NCBI GenBank assembly: GCA_018262855.1
Contig: JADFDO010000002.1
Coordinates: forward strand, 187,107-251,106
Direction: 5' to 3'
DNA from: Methanolinea sp.
GTDB lineage: Archaea; Halobacteriota; Methanomicrobia; Methanomicrobiales; Methanospirillaceae
Length of the DNA: 64,000 bases
Shown piece after piece: positions 28,108 to 36,294 of this stretch. Positions within the stretch are counted from its first letter, which is position 1. Every line of letters begins with the position of its first letter. The notes below the pieces were generated by a model. The model saw only the letters and a list, made by a program, of their open reading frames with translations, ran no database searches and had not been told where the DNA came from. Position numbers and translations under genes: made by a program.

Positions 28108-29640
28108 TCACACGACCCGGACCGCCGCCCCGCTGTTCCGGGCGGACGTAATAAGGGTGGTGCCCCCTCCCGACTCCTCCATGAACTTCCTTGCTGCCTG
28201 CTCGATTCCTGTCATCCCGGTGTCCCCGACCGCGTACACGGTGGGGCCGAACGACGAGAGGCCGGCACCGGCAGCCCCCGATTCCCGGAGCACCTCGAGA
28301 AGATCGGACACCTGCGGAGGCTGGAGACCCAGTTCAACCTTCTTGAACCCCAGCCGCTGGACCGCGTTGATAGACGAGCCGAAGAGATCGAGATCGCGGG
28401 AGGCGATTCCCGGCAGCATCCGCATGAGCACCTCGTGGCAGAGCTCCCGCACCTCATCGAGCGGGACCGGGCAGTGAGCACGGAAGATATCCGTCTCGAT
28501 CTTCCCGCTCGCACCGGCAGGAACTTCCGGGATCGCGAGGAGGATGCGCCAGTCGGAAGGGAAATCATGGCGGGCGATCACGGGCGGGGGGCTGACACCC
28601 TGCGAGGCTCCGGACGGGCGGAAATCTGTCTTCTCTCCTCCCGGACCGAACCGGTGCCCGCCGTCAACGAGGAATCCCCCATACTCGAAGGCGGCCGTCC
28701 CGATCCCCGACGTCCCGCCACGGCCGACGAGCCGGGCGAGTTCCTTTACCGGCAGGGTGCGGCCATGGAGTTCGCTCAGGGCCCGGGCGACGGCGAGACC
28801 GAGCTGCGAGCCGCTCCCGAGCCCTGCATGGGACGGGTACGATTTGCGAACCGTGATCGCCACGCTTCCTCCTGCCCCGAGTTTCTGCAGCACATCCTGC
28901 GCAACGCTACGGATCCGCTCCCGGAGGGCAGGGTCGCCGCCGTTGACCGAGAGGGTGGGGGAGAGCTCGGCCTCCAGCAGGATGCCGGGTTCATCGAGCG
29001 TGATGCCGATTCCGCCGTCGACCCGACCGGAACCTCCATGCATGTCGATCAGGGTCACATGGACCCGCGATGGCGTCCGGACGATGACCCGGCGTGTATC
29101 GAGGAAACGGTTGTAGGGAAACTGCTCCTCAATAAAGATGAGCGGTTTTTCGGCGTGGATGATCCGGTACTGCCGGGAGAGGACGGGCTCATTTCTGCAG
29201 ATCCCAAAGACCCTGCCCATCTCATCGGTAGCAGGCCCAACACGGGCAGAGAGGATCTCCCGCCGGGCTTCGATATGGTGTTGCGAGATGATCCTCCCGA
29301 TGGGGATATCGGCCTTCATGAGGTCATCCTTAAAAGCCGGCGAGAGCCGGTTGATCGGAGTATGAGATATGGCATAGATCAGCACTTCGCCACTCTCTTC
29401 GATTCCTATCTCCACGATCCGGAAGTTGACCAATTCTCCTTCCGCGATATCCAGGGTCTCCGCAGTCTCCCGCTCGGCAGGGATGACCTTCTGGACAAGG
29501 GTCCTGATCACCACGCTCTTCCCGGTGATCGATTCGAGGATCTGGGTGACCGATCCGTCGGTGCCGAGCAGGAATTTCTGGACCGGCGAGATCCTTCCTA
29601 CCTGCACCTCCAGATCCCGGATTGCCTTTGCAATATCCAT
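28108..29640 (-). CDS. Fusion protein: chorismate-lyase-like (DUF98/UbiC fold) N-domain + beta-RFAP-synthase-like GHMP-kinase-fold C-domain
   Basis: N-domain: KFLLGTDGSVTQILESITGKSV...LIYAISHTPINRL...IPIGRII. C-domain: RVHVTLIDMHGGSGRVDGGIGITLDEPG and SHAGLGSGSQLGLAVARAL (GHMP motif II as in RFAP synthases), GAGLSSFGPTVYAV. ATG 29640 is preferred over the listed 29736. Confidence 0.75.
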   Translation of the reverse strand: MDIAKAIRDLEVQVGRISPVQKFLLGTDGSVTQILESITGKSVVIRTLVQKVIPAERETAETLDIAEGELVNFRIVEIGIEESGEVLIYAISHTPINRLSPAFKDDLMKADIPIGRIISQHHIEARREILSARVGPATDEMGRVFGICRNEPVLSRQYRIIHAEKPLIFIEEQFPYNRFLDTRRVIVRTPSRVHVTLIDMHGGSGRVDGGIGITLDEPGILLEAELSPTLSVNGGDPALRERIRSVAQDVLQKLGAGGSVAITVRKSYPSHAGLGSGSQLGLAVARALSELHGRTLPVKELARLVGRGGTSGIGTAAFEYGGFLVDGGHRFGPGGEKTDFRPSGASQGVSPPPVIARHDFPSDWRILLAIPEVPAGASGKIETDIFRAHCPVPLDEVRELCHEVLMRMLPGIASRDLDLFGSSINAVQRLGFKKVELGLQPPQVSDLLEVLRESGAAGAGLSSFGPTVYAVGDTGMTGIEQAARKFMEESGGGTTLITSARNSGAAVRVV

Positions 29641-29835
29641 CAAGACACCCTTCTCGCAGGAATGATATGAATGCTGCGATACGAATGCCGCGAAGAGGAT
29701 TTTCCAGGTCCTGGTTCGGGGGGATACTGGAATCATTTTTTGTGAGATCCCGGATTTTGTGCACCCTTCCCCGGCAGCACAACATATTAAATACGCCGGA
29801 TTATGAACTGTCCATTATCCACAAGGGTGATTCAG

Positions 29836-31689
29836 ATGGTACCAGATCCGCATGAGAAGGACAAGGTGGTCTTTGCAGCCACGATGGCCTCAACCTTTGA
29901 ACCTGATTCGATGACGAACGACAAGATCGAAGCCGCGACCAGGGGACATGGCGCCCTCGTCATCCCGGTCTTTGCGGCTGCCAATTCCATCGCCGAAGAT
30001 CTCTTCTGCCCCATCACGGGCCCGGAGATGAGCCTGATGGGGCGGATGACGGTCATAGACGCGTCCGTCGGAGAACTGCCCCTCGATGTGGTGATCCAGA
30101 AATCGGTGCGGGCTGCGATGAGCGCCGGGGCCGCGCCCGAGAATGCCGCACTCATTGTCGCATCCCTCGCCTATTTCTCGGGGTCCTGTGCACGGTCGGG
30201 TGTCCCGCTCGGTAACAGGAAACTCGGCGCTATTGCCCGGATGCATGCAGGCGCACCCCGGACAAGCGCGATTGCGCTGGTCACCGGCAAGTCCACCCAC
30301 CGGATCCAGTCGTTCCCGGCATACCTTGCGATCTACGAAGCGATCATGGACAAGAAACTCACGAAGGTGGACGGCTCCATGCTCCCCCCGTTCATCTCCG
30401 GCGGGGCAATCTATGGCCACTCTGCGCTTGGCGAGGACTATAACATCCCTGAACTGGCGTACAATGCCGCACATACCGGCACGCTCGCCATGATGAACAG
30501 TATGGCAGGCACAGGGGTCACCCCTCTCGCACTCTGGCCGGCCCTTATCGGCGCAGCGGTCACGATGGAGATTGTGCACCCGGACGCTCTTTTAGGCGAG
30601 GAGTATGGAAAGTTCGGAAGGGTCGATTCATCGTACCTCGCAGGGAAAGGTGCTCGCGACGCTGCGAAGTTGCCGGAGAAGCTTCACATTCGGGGAACCC
30701 ACGAGGAGTACGACACCGCCAAGGTCATCGGCGAGTTCGGGCTTATCCTCAAGGATATCGGCGGCCCTTCGGTGATCGGGTCCATGGCCCTCTCCGAGAT
30801 CTTCGCGGCCTTTGAAGAAGCCCCGATGATCGGGGCGGGCTTCTCGGGAGGCCCGGTCAACCCGCCGCTCGGCCACCTCGAAGGCGACTGCGTTCCGGCA
30901 TTGCGCCTCCTGATGAAGCACCACGGCGACATCTTCGCGGTCGCCGAGGTGATCCGGGACTACAAGATGAACTCCTTCATCGACCCCGAGATGGCCCTCT
31001 GCGGCCTGAACACCATCTCGCGAAAGGCGGAGCAGGTGACACGAGGGAAGATCACGCGGGCCTGCATCCTTGCATCTGAAGGCGTGCGTGACAGGGCCAT
31101 ATATCGCCGGGCCGCCCACACCTACGACATCATCACGGGCGGGAAAACTGTTGCAGACGCGACCCGCACGCTCGATGAGGAACGCAAGAAGTACGTGGAG
31201 CGGCGGGGCTCGGCGGTCCTGTCCGCATTTACCGGAAAGAAGATCGATCTCAAGTTCACTTCGATCAAGCCTCATGGACGGCGCACGGACAAGTTCACGG
31301 AACGCTACTGGGGTTTTGACTCGAACGTCTCCTACGATGTCACGATTGACGGGAAGACGCTTCATGTCGAGAACCTGAGCGGAAAGGAGGTTCCCGACTT
31401 TGCCCTGAAGGGAAAGAACCGCGATAACCCGGACTGGCCGGTCGCACTCTTCTGCGGCGCAGTCCTTACGCAGGAGCTCCAGTACATCGGCCATACCATC
31501 ATCAACATCACGGTCCCTGCTGCAGTCGGGGCGATCCTGGGAATGGATGCAGACAAAGCAGCAGATAAGGCTGAAGACGGGGCATTCCTGACCCGGGCGA
31601 TCCCGGGCGCTGGCGAAAAGGCAAAGGATGTTGCAAAACTCGCACAGCGGGTCTACGCAAAGATCAACGAACCGTTCCCGCCGCAGTAA
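29836..31689 (+). CDS. Conserved-looking soluble protein of unknown function (617 aa), translationally coupled to larC
   Basis: Long ORF with a balanced composition and AGGGTGA RBS 5 nt before ATG 29836 (listed start 29803). TAA 31687-31689 is immediately followed by the larC ATG at 31690. I recognise no catalytic motif. Confidence 0.7.
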   Translation: MVPDPHEKDKVVFAATMASTFEPDSMTNDKIEAATRGHGALVIPVFAAANSIAEDLFCPITGPEMSLMGRMTVIDASVGELPLDVVIQKSVRAAMSAGAAPENAALIVASLAYFSGSCARSGVPLGNRKLGAIARMHAGAPRTSAIALVTGKSTHRIQSFPAYLAIYEAIMDKKLTKVDGSMLPPFISGGAIYGHSALGEDYNIPELAYNAAHTGTLAMMNSMAGTGVTPLALWPALIGAAVTMEIVHPDALLGEEYGKFGRVDSSYLAGKGARDAAKLPEKLHIRGTHEEYDTAKVIGEFGLILKDIGGPSVIGSMALSEIFAAFEEAPMIGAGFSGGPVNPPLGHLEGDCVPALRLLMKHHGDIFAVAEVIRDYKMNSFIDPEMALCGLNTISRKAEQVTRGKITRACILASEGVRDRAIYRRAAHTYDIITGGKTVADATRTLDEERKKYVERRGSAVLSAFTGKKIDLKFTSIKPHGRRTDKFTERYWGFDSNVSYDVTIDGKTLHVENLSGKEVPDFALKGKNRDNPDWPVALFCGAVLTQELQYIGHTIINITVPAAVGAILGMDADKAADKAEDGAFLTRAIPGAGEKAKDVAKLAQRVYAKINEPFPPQ

Positions 31690-32889
31690 ATGAAGGCGCT
31701 CCTCATCGATCCAAGGACCGGGGGTATTGCAGGGGACATGCTCTGTGCGGCTCTCTGCGATCTCACCGGTTCAGTGGAACCCCTTCACACCGTTGCCGAC
31801 GCAATAAAGAGGCTTTCCCGCTGCTCAGCCTTCGAGATCTCGGTTGGACGGACGGGAACACCATGCAGTGCCGCGTACGTCTCGGTGAATGTCGAGGAAG
31901 AGAACGGGCCCGGCACTGATATCGCCCGCGATATGGACGAGGTTCTTACCACCATCGGACTCCCGTCGCCCGCGGCGGTCATGGCACGTGTGATCCTTGA
32001 CGATCTCCTCTCGGTCAAGGCCAGGTTTCACCCCGAGATCGCACCGGGCCAGACCTTCGCGTCGGTCGATACGATCTTCGATATCCTCGGTCCCCTTGCG
32101 CTCCTTGAGGATGCCGGCCTCTCCGGGTGCCCCGTCTATACCACCCCGCCCGCACTCGGCGGGGGAGTGATCCATACGCCCGGTGGCGAGGTCGGTGGGC
32201 CCGCCCCGGCATCCCTTGAGATCTGCGCTCGCCACCGGATGCCGGTCTCCGAGAGCCCTCTCTTACGAGAACTGACGACCCCGACCGGTGCGGCCCTGCT
32301 CGCGAACCTCGCCCGCGTGGTGACATTGTTCCCTGCCATGACTCCGCTCCGGACAGGGTATGGTGCGGGTTCGAAGGATCGAGGATCCGAGACGAGCATT
32401 CTCCGGGTTGTCGAGGGGGAGATTGATGACCTGACCGAAGAGCGGATCGTGATCCTCGAGACAAACCTCGACGACGTGGACGGTGAGACGATCGGGTTTA
32501 CCAGGGAGAGACTCTTTGCGGCCGGGGCGGTGGATGTTTTCGTCACGCCAGCGTCAGGGAAGAAGAACCGACCTGTCCAGGTACTCTCCGTGATTACCTC
32601 GCGAGAGGACTATCTCCCGCTTGTCAAACTCCTGATGGACGAGACCGGGACGCTTGGCGTCCGGATACGGGAGGAGCCCCGCCTGGTCGCCGACAGGGTA
32701 AAAGAACAGATCAGCGTCATGGTCAAGAATCAGCCGTTTACAGTGCGCATCAAAATATCCAGGGTGGGCGGAAAGGTCATTGCGGTCAAACCCGAGTACG
32801 AGGACTTGAAACAGATTGCGCTGGCCCTGGGAATTCCCTTGCGGTATGTCACACGGGAAGTGTACCGGCAGCTGCCGTTCAATCCCTGA
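31690..32889 (+). CDS. larC: LarC-family nickel insertion protein (DUF111)
   Basis: MKALLIDPRTGGIAGDMLCAALCDL N-terminus, ETNLDD, DETGTLGVRI. 399 aa, typical of the LarC/DUF111 family. Confidence 0.85.
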   Translation: MKALLIDPRTGGIAGDMLCAALCDLTGSVEPLHTVADAIKRLSRCSAFEISVGRTGTPCSAAYVSVNVEEENGPGTDIARDMDEVLTTIGLPSPAAVMARVILDDLLSVKARFHPEIAPGQTFASVDTIFDILGPLALLEDAGLSGCPVYTTPPALGGGVIHTPGGEVGGPAPASLEICARHRMPVSESPLLRELTTPTGAALLANLARVVTLFPAMTPLRTGYGAGSKDRGSETSILRVVEGEIDDLTEERIVILETNLDDVDGETIGFTRERLFAAGAVDVFVTPASGKKNRPVQVLSVITSREDYLPLVKLLMDETGTLGVRIREEPRLVADRVKEQISVMVKNQPFTVRIKISRVGGKVIAVKPEYEDLKQIALALGIPLRYVTREVYRQLPFNP

Positions 32890-32969
32890 TGGAGCAGGCT
32901 GTTGTGTTACCCTTTGAATCCTCCGGAAAACCTTCCCTCTTTTCCAAAGCTTGTCTTTGTCAGGGCGCC

Positions 32970-33275
32970 TCACCTGAGAATCTGCACGATCTCTTCAGGT
33001 ACGATCAGATCAAAGACCCCGTGAATTTCATACCGGGCACCGTCGAACCATTCCATCACGCTGTCGCCGGAAAAAAACCCCATTGGTCCTTTCGTGTGTA
33101 TGGTAAACACGAGAGTCCATCCCTGTTTTTCGGGTATAGGATGAATGGATCGAACTGACCCCGCAGTGGCTGGGCTTTTCATGCTGGTGAACACAATCTC
33201 CTCTTGAATAATCTCACGAGTGTAGTTCCATGAGAGAAGTGATTCGAGATCTTCGGCCCCGGGCAGGGCCATCCC
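32970..33275 (-). repeat. Direct repeat copy 1 (paralogous gene 3' portion), partner at 40494..40800
   Basis: DNA alignment by eye: both copies begin CACCTGAGAA(T/G)CTGCACGATCTCTTCAGGTACGAT and share ACACGAGAGTCCATCCCTGTTTTTCGGGTATAGGA. Roughly 80% identity. Confidence 0.7.
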
Positions 33276-33281
33276 CTTCAC
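32970..33281 (-). CDS. N-terminally shortened paralogue (103 aa) of the 177-aa protein at 40494..41027
   Basis: SVRSIHPIPEKQGWTLVFTIHT...VMEWFDGARYEIHGVFDLIVPEEIVQILR aligns along its full length with the C-terminal 100 aa of the other copy. May be a gene fragment. Confidence 0.5.
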   Translation of the reverse strand: MKGMALPGAEDLESLLSWNYTREIIQEEIVFTSMKSPATAGSVRSIHPIPEKQGWTLVFTIHTKGPMGFFSGDSVMEWFDGARYEIHGVFDLIVPEEIVQILR

Positions 33282-33422
33282 TCTTAGTAAAAAAAATCAC
33301 ATGATTCTTCAGTCCAGACACAAGCATACACAATGAACATGGAGAATGCCTTGTTCACATTCACCACCCTATGACTGACAAGTGGTCGAATGTATCAAAT
33401 GAAAATGGCTCCGCCTTTTTCT

Positions 33423-33429
33423 AAAAAAA
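33423..33429 (-). terminator. Oligo-T (T7 on minus strand) just downstream of the S-layer-like gene stop
   Basis: A7 on the plus strand at 33423-33429, 7 nt beyond the stop codon at 33436-33438. Confidence 0.35.
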
Positions 33430-33435
33430 GGTGGT

Positions 33436-35973
33436 TCAACCTCTCCTTCTGCCCATTCCAAATGTAAAGCACAGGCAAAGTCCTCCAATGAGAGTGACCA
33501 GTGAAAGACCTGTCTGTGTGGTGGGAATGGTGGTTGGCATGGTTGTCGGCTGGCTTGTCGGAGTGCTGGTGACCGTGGGTGTTGCAGTTGGGGTGGGTGT
33601 CGGGGTCACAAGGTTGAACGAGGTGGTGGCGGTCGCACCGGAGACGGTTACGCCGCTGACCCTGACAGTATAGGTATCCGGTACCAACGAGGCAGTATCA
33701 AAAGTGAACGACCAGGTATTCATATCCCCGGGGCCGTCCTGTACGATGATCGTTCCTGCGGCACCGGAGAACTCACTGCTCACGACCTTGGGGGTAGGTC
33801 CGAATGACTGTGAGGTGACCTCCACGAGCAGCCTGTTGCCAGGGGCAAGGTTAGTGGTGCCGGAGAGCGTGATCTTGTCGCCGAGAGTTGGGTTCACCAG
33901 GGGAGCGATGGTGATCTGGGGATTGACCAGCAGGAATGTCGTGGTCGTGTAGGTATCATCGATGAACGGGCTATCAAGGGCGTCGATGAGGGCATTCGCT
34001 GCCTGGGCGCTCATGAGAGACCCCGCTCCAGACATCCTGAAAATAGGGCTTCCCGTAACCGGGTACGTCGACAACACCACCTGGCGGGCGGGATCCGGGT
34101 AAATATCAAGCGTATTGGTATAGCCCGGGTGCTGTACAACCACATAGTACTGCCCACTGGAGAGTGCAGAGGTCTGCCCTTCACTCAATTCATACGAGAA
34201 TGAACCGTCCGCACTGATCGCCTGGGTGGTATAGAGGACCCGGTTGATCCCGAAGATCCAGACTGCCACTCCGGGAGAGGGATTTCCTGTCGCGGTGCCC
34301 CGGATCTCTAGCTTGTCACCCCGTGCAATGGTGGCCTCGCGGATGCCTGCGGTCACAAATGGCCGGGAAAACGAGATGGAGACGGTCGAGTACCGGCGAT
34401 CCCGCAGGTCGGATCGTGAACTCGGGCCCGAGACAACGTACACCGTATAGGACCCGGCATCGACGCCCAGGTTCCCGGTGAACCACCGGTATTCCCAGGT
34501 ATTGTCGGGATCGACCGGAACTGAGGTGAACGTCTCCGGCCGCCCTGTAATCACCGAAGTCCTGGGACTGGAGAGGCTGCCCCCCGAAGAGGGCAGGTTG
34601 GGCCCTGTCATAAAGAGGTAGACGGTATCAGACTCCGTATTGGTCCCTGACAGGGTGACCTGTTCGCCAAGGTAATAGGATCGTGACGGTCCAGAGGAGA
34701 GGCTTATGGTCCCGCGGACCACGTCAACGGTGACCTCCGAGGAGGTCAGCATCCCTGCAGAGGTCCGTTCGACCCGGAAGGTATAACTGCGGGAATCCGT
34801 TGCTGACGAGGTCTGCCATTGCACCGTCCTCGTGCCGGATCCCGGGAGGGTGACCTGGGCATAGTACCGGGTGCCGTTTGCAGGGGTGTTGGGCACATCA
34901 TCCCGGATGGTCATTCCCTGCCTCGTTGAGACGGGATGCGACCCGATGGAAAACGGTCCTCCCTCCGGGTCCATCCGGACACCCTCCTGGTTCGGGGTGA
35001 TCATAGGCGGCTGGCTCCCCTGGTCCCCGGCCATGCTCCCGGTATTCCTGACCCACAGATAATATTCTGCTCCCGGGACACCGTTGATGGTAACAGAGAA
35101 CGGGTTCCCCCTCACCACATCGGCGACATTCGATGCAATGGCAACCCGGTCGGATGCAATCCTCACCTGGACTGGCATGGGGCGGCCGGTACCAGGGACC
35201 CCCTGGAGGTTGTCCTGGAGCCGGTTGACATTATAGTCAAGGGATGCGGTATAGGTCCCGGCCTGGTAGAGGCGTGTGCCTGCCGGGCCGGTCGCTCCCG
35301 TATCCCAGCCGGTCCCGGTCCCCGGGGATGCCCAGTACCATGGCAGGGTGTTGACGTTGAGGTTCCTGATCGGGATGGAGGTACTATTGGGGCCGGCGAC
35401 CGCGGAAAGGGTAGCACCTCCGGGTGAGGTGAGCATGATCGAGAGATATCCGTCCGATGCGGGATCATACCCTGCCCTTCGCGTGATCGAGTACATATTG
35501 GTCTCGATGCGGAAATTCAGGAGAGTCCCCGGGGGTACACCCGTTCCTGAGACATCCTGGTTGGTATCCTGGTTCCAGACCCGCAGGTTCAGGGACGGGT
35601 AGAGTACTTCGAATGCAGGTGCACCCGCGGTCTGGTTCCATACATACCAGGTTCCCGTCGCATGTCCGAACTGGCTGGGGGACACGTAAAAATTCTGCTT
35701 GCTGCCGATGGTGAGGATCAGTGCCGGAACATCGACATTGATATTCGATCCGGGGGCAAACCACGCGATCTGGCTTGCATTTCCCGGGACGGCAGCGGAA
35801 ATGTCCAGCCCTTCCTCGCCAAGAAAGACCTGGTCTCCCGGACTGATGATATTCGCGGATCCGTACGCTGGAAACAGGATAAGCCCTGATGCAGTGATGA
35901 GAATCATGGCCCATAGCGTTCCCGAAACCAGGCGATGCAGGTCATCATCCGCTCCCATGTGATGTGGATTCAT
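33436..35973 (-). CDS. Large secreted cell-surface (S-layer-like) glycoprotein with Thr/Pro linker, C-terminal TM helix and basic tail
   Basis: Start ATG 35973 (GGAGAG upstream). Signal-anchor LWAMILITASGLILFPAYGSA. Many N-x-S/T sequons. C-terminus PTPTPTATPTVTSTPTSQPTTMPTTIPTTQTG-LSLVTLIGGLCLCFTFGMG-RRRG. Confidence 0.8.
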   Translation of the reverse strand: MNPHHMGADDDLHRLVSGTLWAMILITASGLILFPAYGSANIISPGDQVFLGEEGLDISAAVPGNASQIAWFAPGSNINVDVPALILTIGSKQNFYVSPSQFGHATGTWYVWNQTAGAPAFEVLYPSLNLRVWNQDTNQDVSGTGVPPGTLLNFRIETNMYSITRRAGYDPASDGYLSIMLTSPGGATLSAVAGPNSTSIPIRNLNVNTLPWYWASPGTGTGWDTGATGPAGTRLYQAGTYTASLDYNVNRLQDNLQGVPGTGRPMPVQVRIASDRVAIASNVADVVRGNPFSVTINGVPGAEYYLWVRNTGSMAGDQGSQPPMITPNQEGVRMDPEGGPFSIGSHPVSTRQGMTIRDDVPNTPANGTRYYAQVTLPGSGTRTVQWQTSSATDSRSYTFRVERTSAGMLTSSEVTVDVVRGTISLSSGPSRSYYLGEQVTLSGTNTESDTVYLFMTGPNLPSSGGSLSSPRTSVITGRPETFTSVPVDPDNTWEYRWFTGNLGVDAGSYTVYVVSGPSSRSDLRDRRYSTVSISFSRPFVTAGIREATIARGDKLEIRGTATGNPSPGVAVWIFGINRVLYTTQAISADGSFSYELSEGQTSALSSGQYYVVVQHPGYTNTLDIYPDPARQVVLSTYPVTGSPIFRMSGAGSLMSAQAANALIDALDSPFIDDTYTTTTFLLVNPQITIAPLVNPTLGDKITLSGTTNLAPGNRLLVEVTSQSFGPTPKVVSSEFSGAAGTIIVQDGPGDMNTWSFTFDTASLVPDTYTVRVSGVTVSGATATTSFNLVTPTPTPTATPTVTSTPTSQPTTMPTTIPTTQTGLSLVTLIGGLCLCFTFGMGRRRG

Positions 35974-36294
35974 GGTTCTCTTCTCTCCTGTTTGATACAG
36001 CGGTATCCCAGTGTTGGTATACCGAGGTCTAAGAAGTAAGTGAATAGGGTGAAGAGTATATAAGATCATTGACCCTGCCGGATACCGGTGGCAGGAATGC
36101 CCTGCAACGAAAGGTAAGAGATGCATCAACTTTCATATTCCCCTCCGTGATGGCTCTGATGCGAGAATCGCGGATATTCAGGGCATGGCGATCATTATTT
36201 AAGACTATATCCGAAAATTTGTCCGTTTATGATTCCCCTGCGGTTGAAGGGACGTAGTGCAGAATGAGAGAATGAAGGACCACGAGGAACACAG

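Noticed and set aside
28093-29670. 525-aa plus-strand ORF antisense to the fusion gene
   Set aside because: The Arg/Pro/Asp/Gly-rich, motif-free translation is typical of a shadow ORF in GC-rich coding DNA. The minus-strand frame carries clear GHMP and DUF98 signatures.
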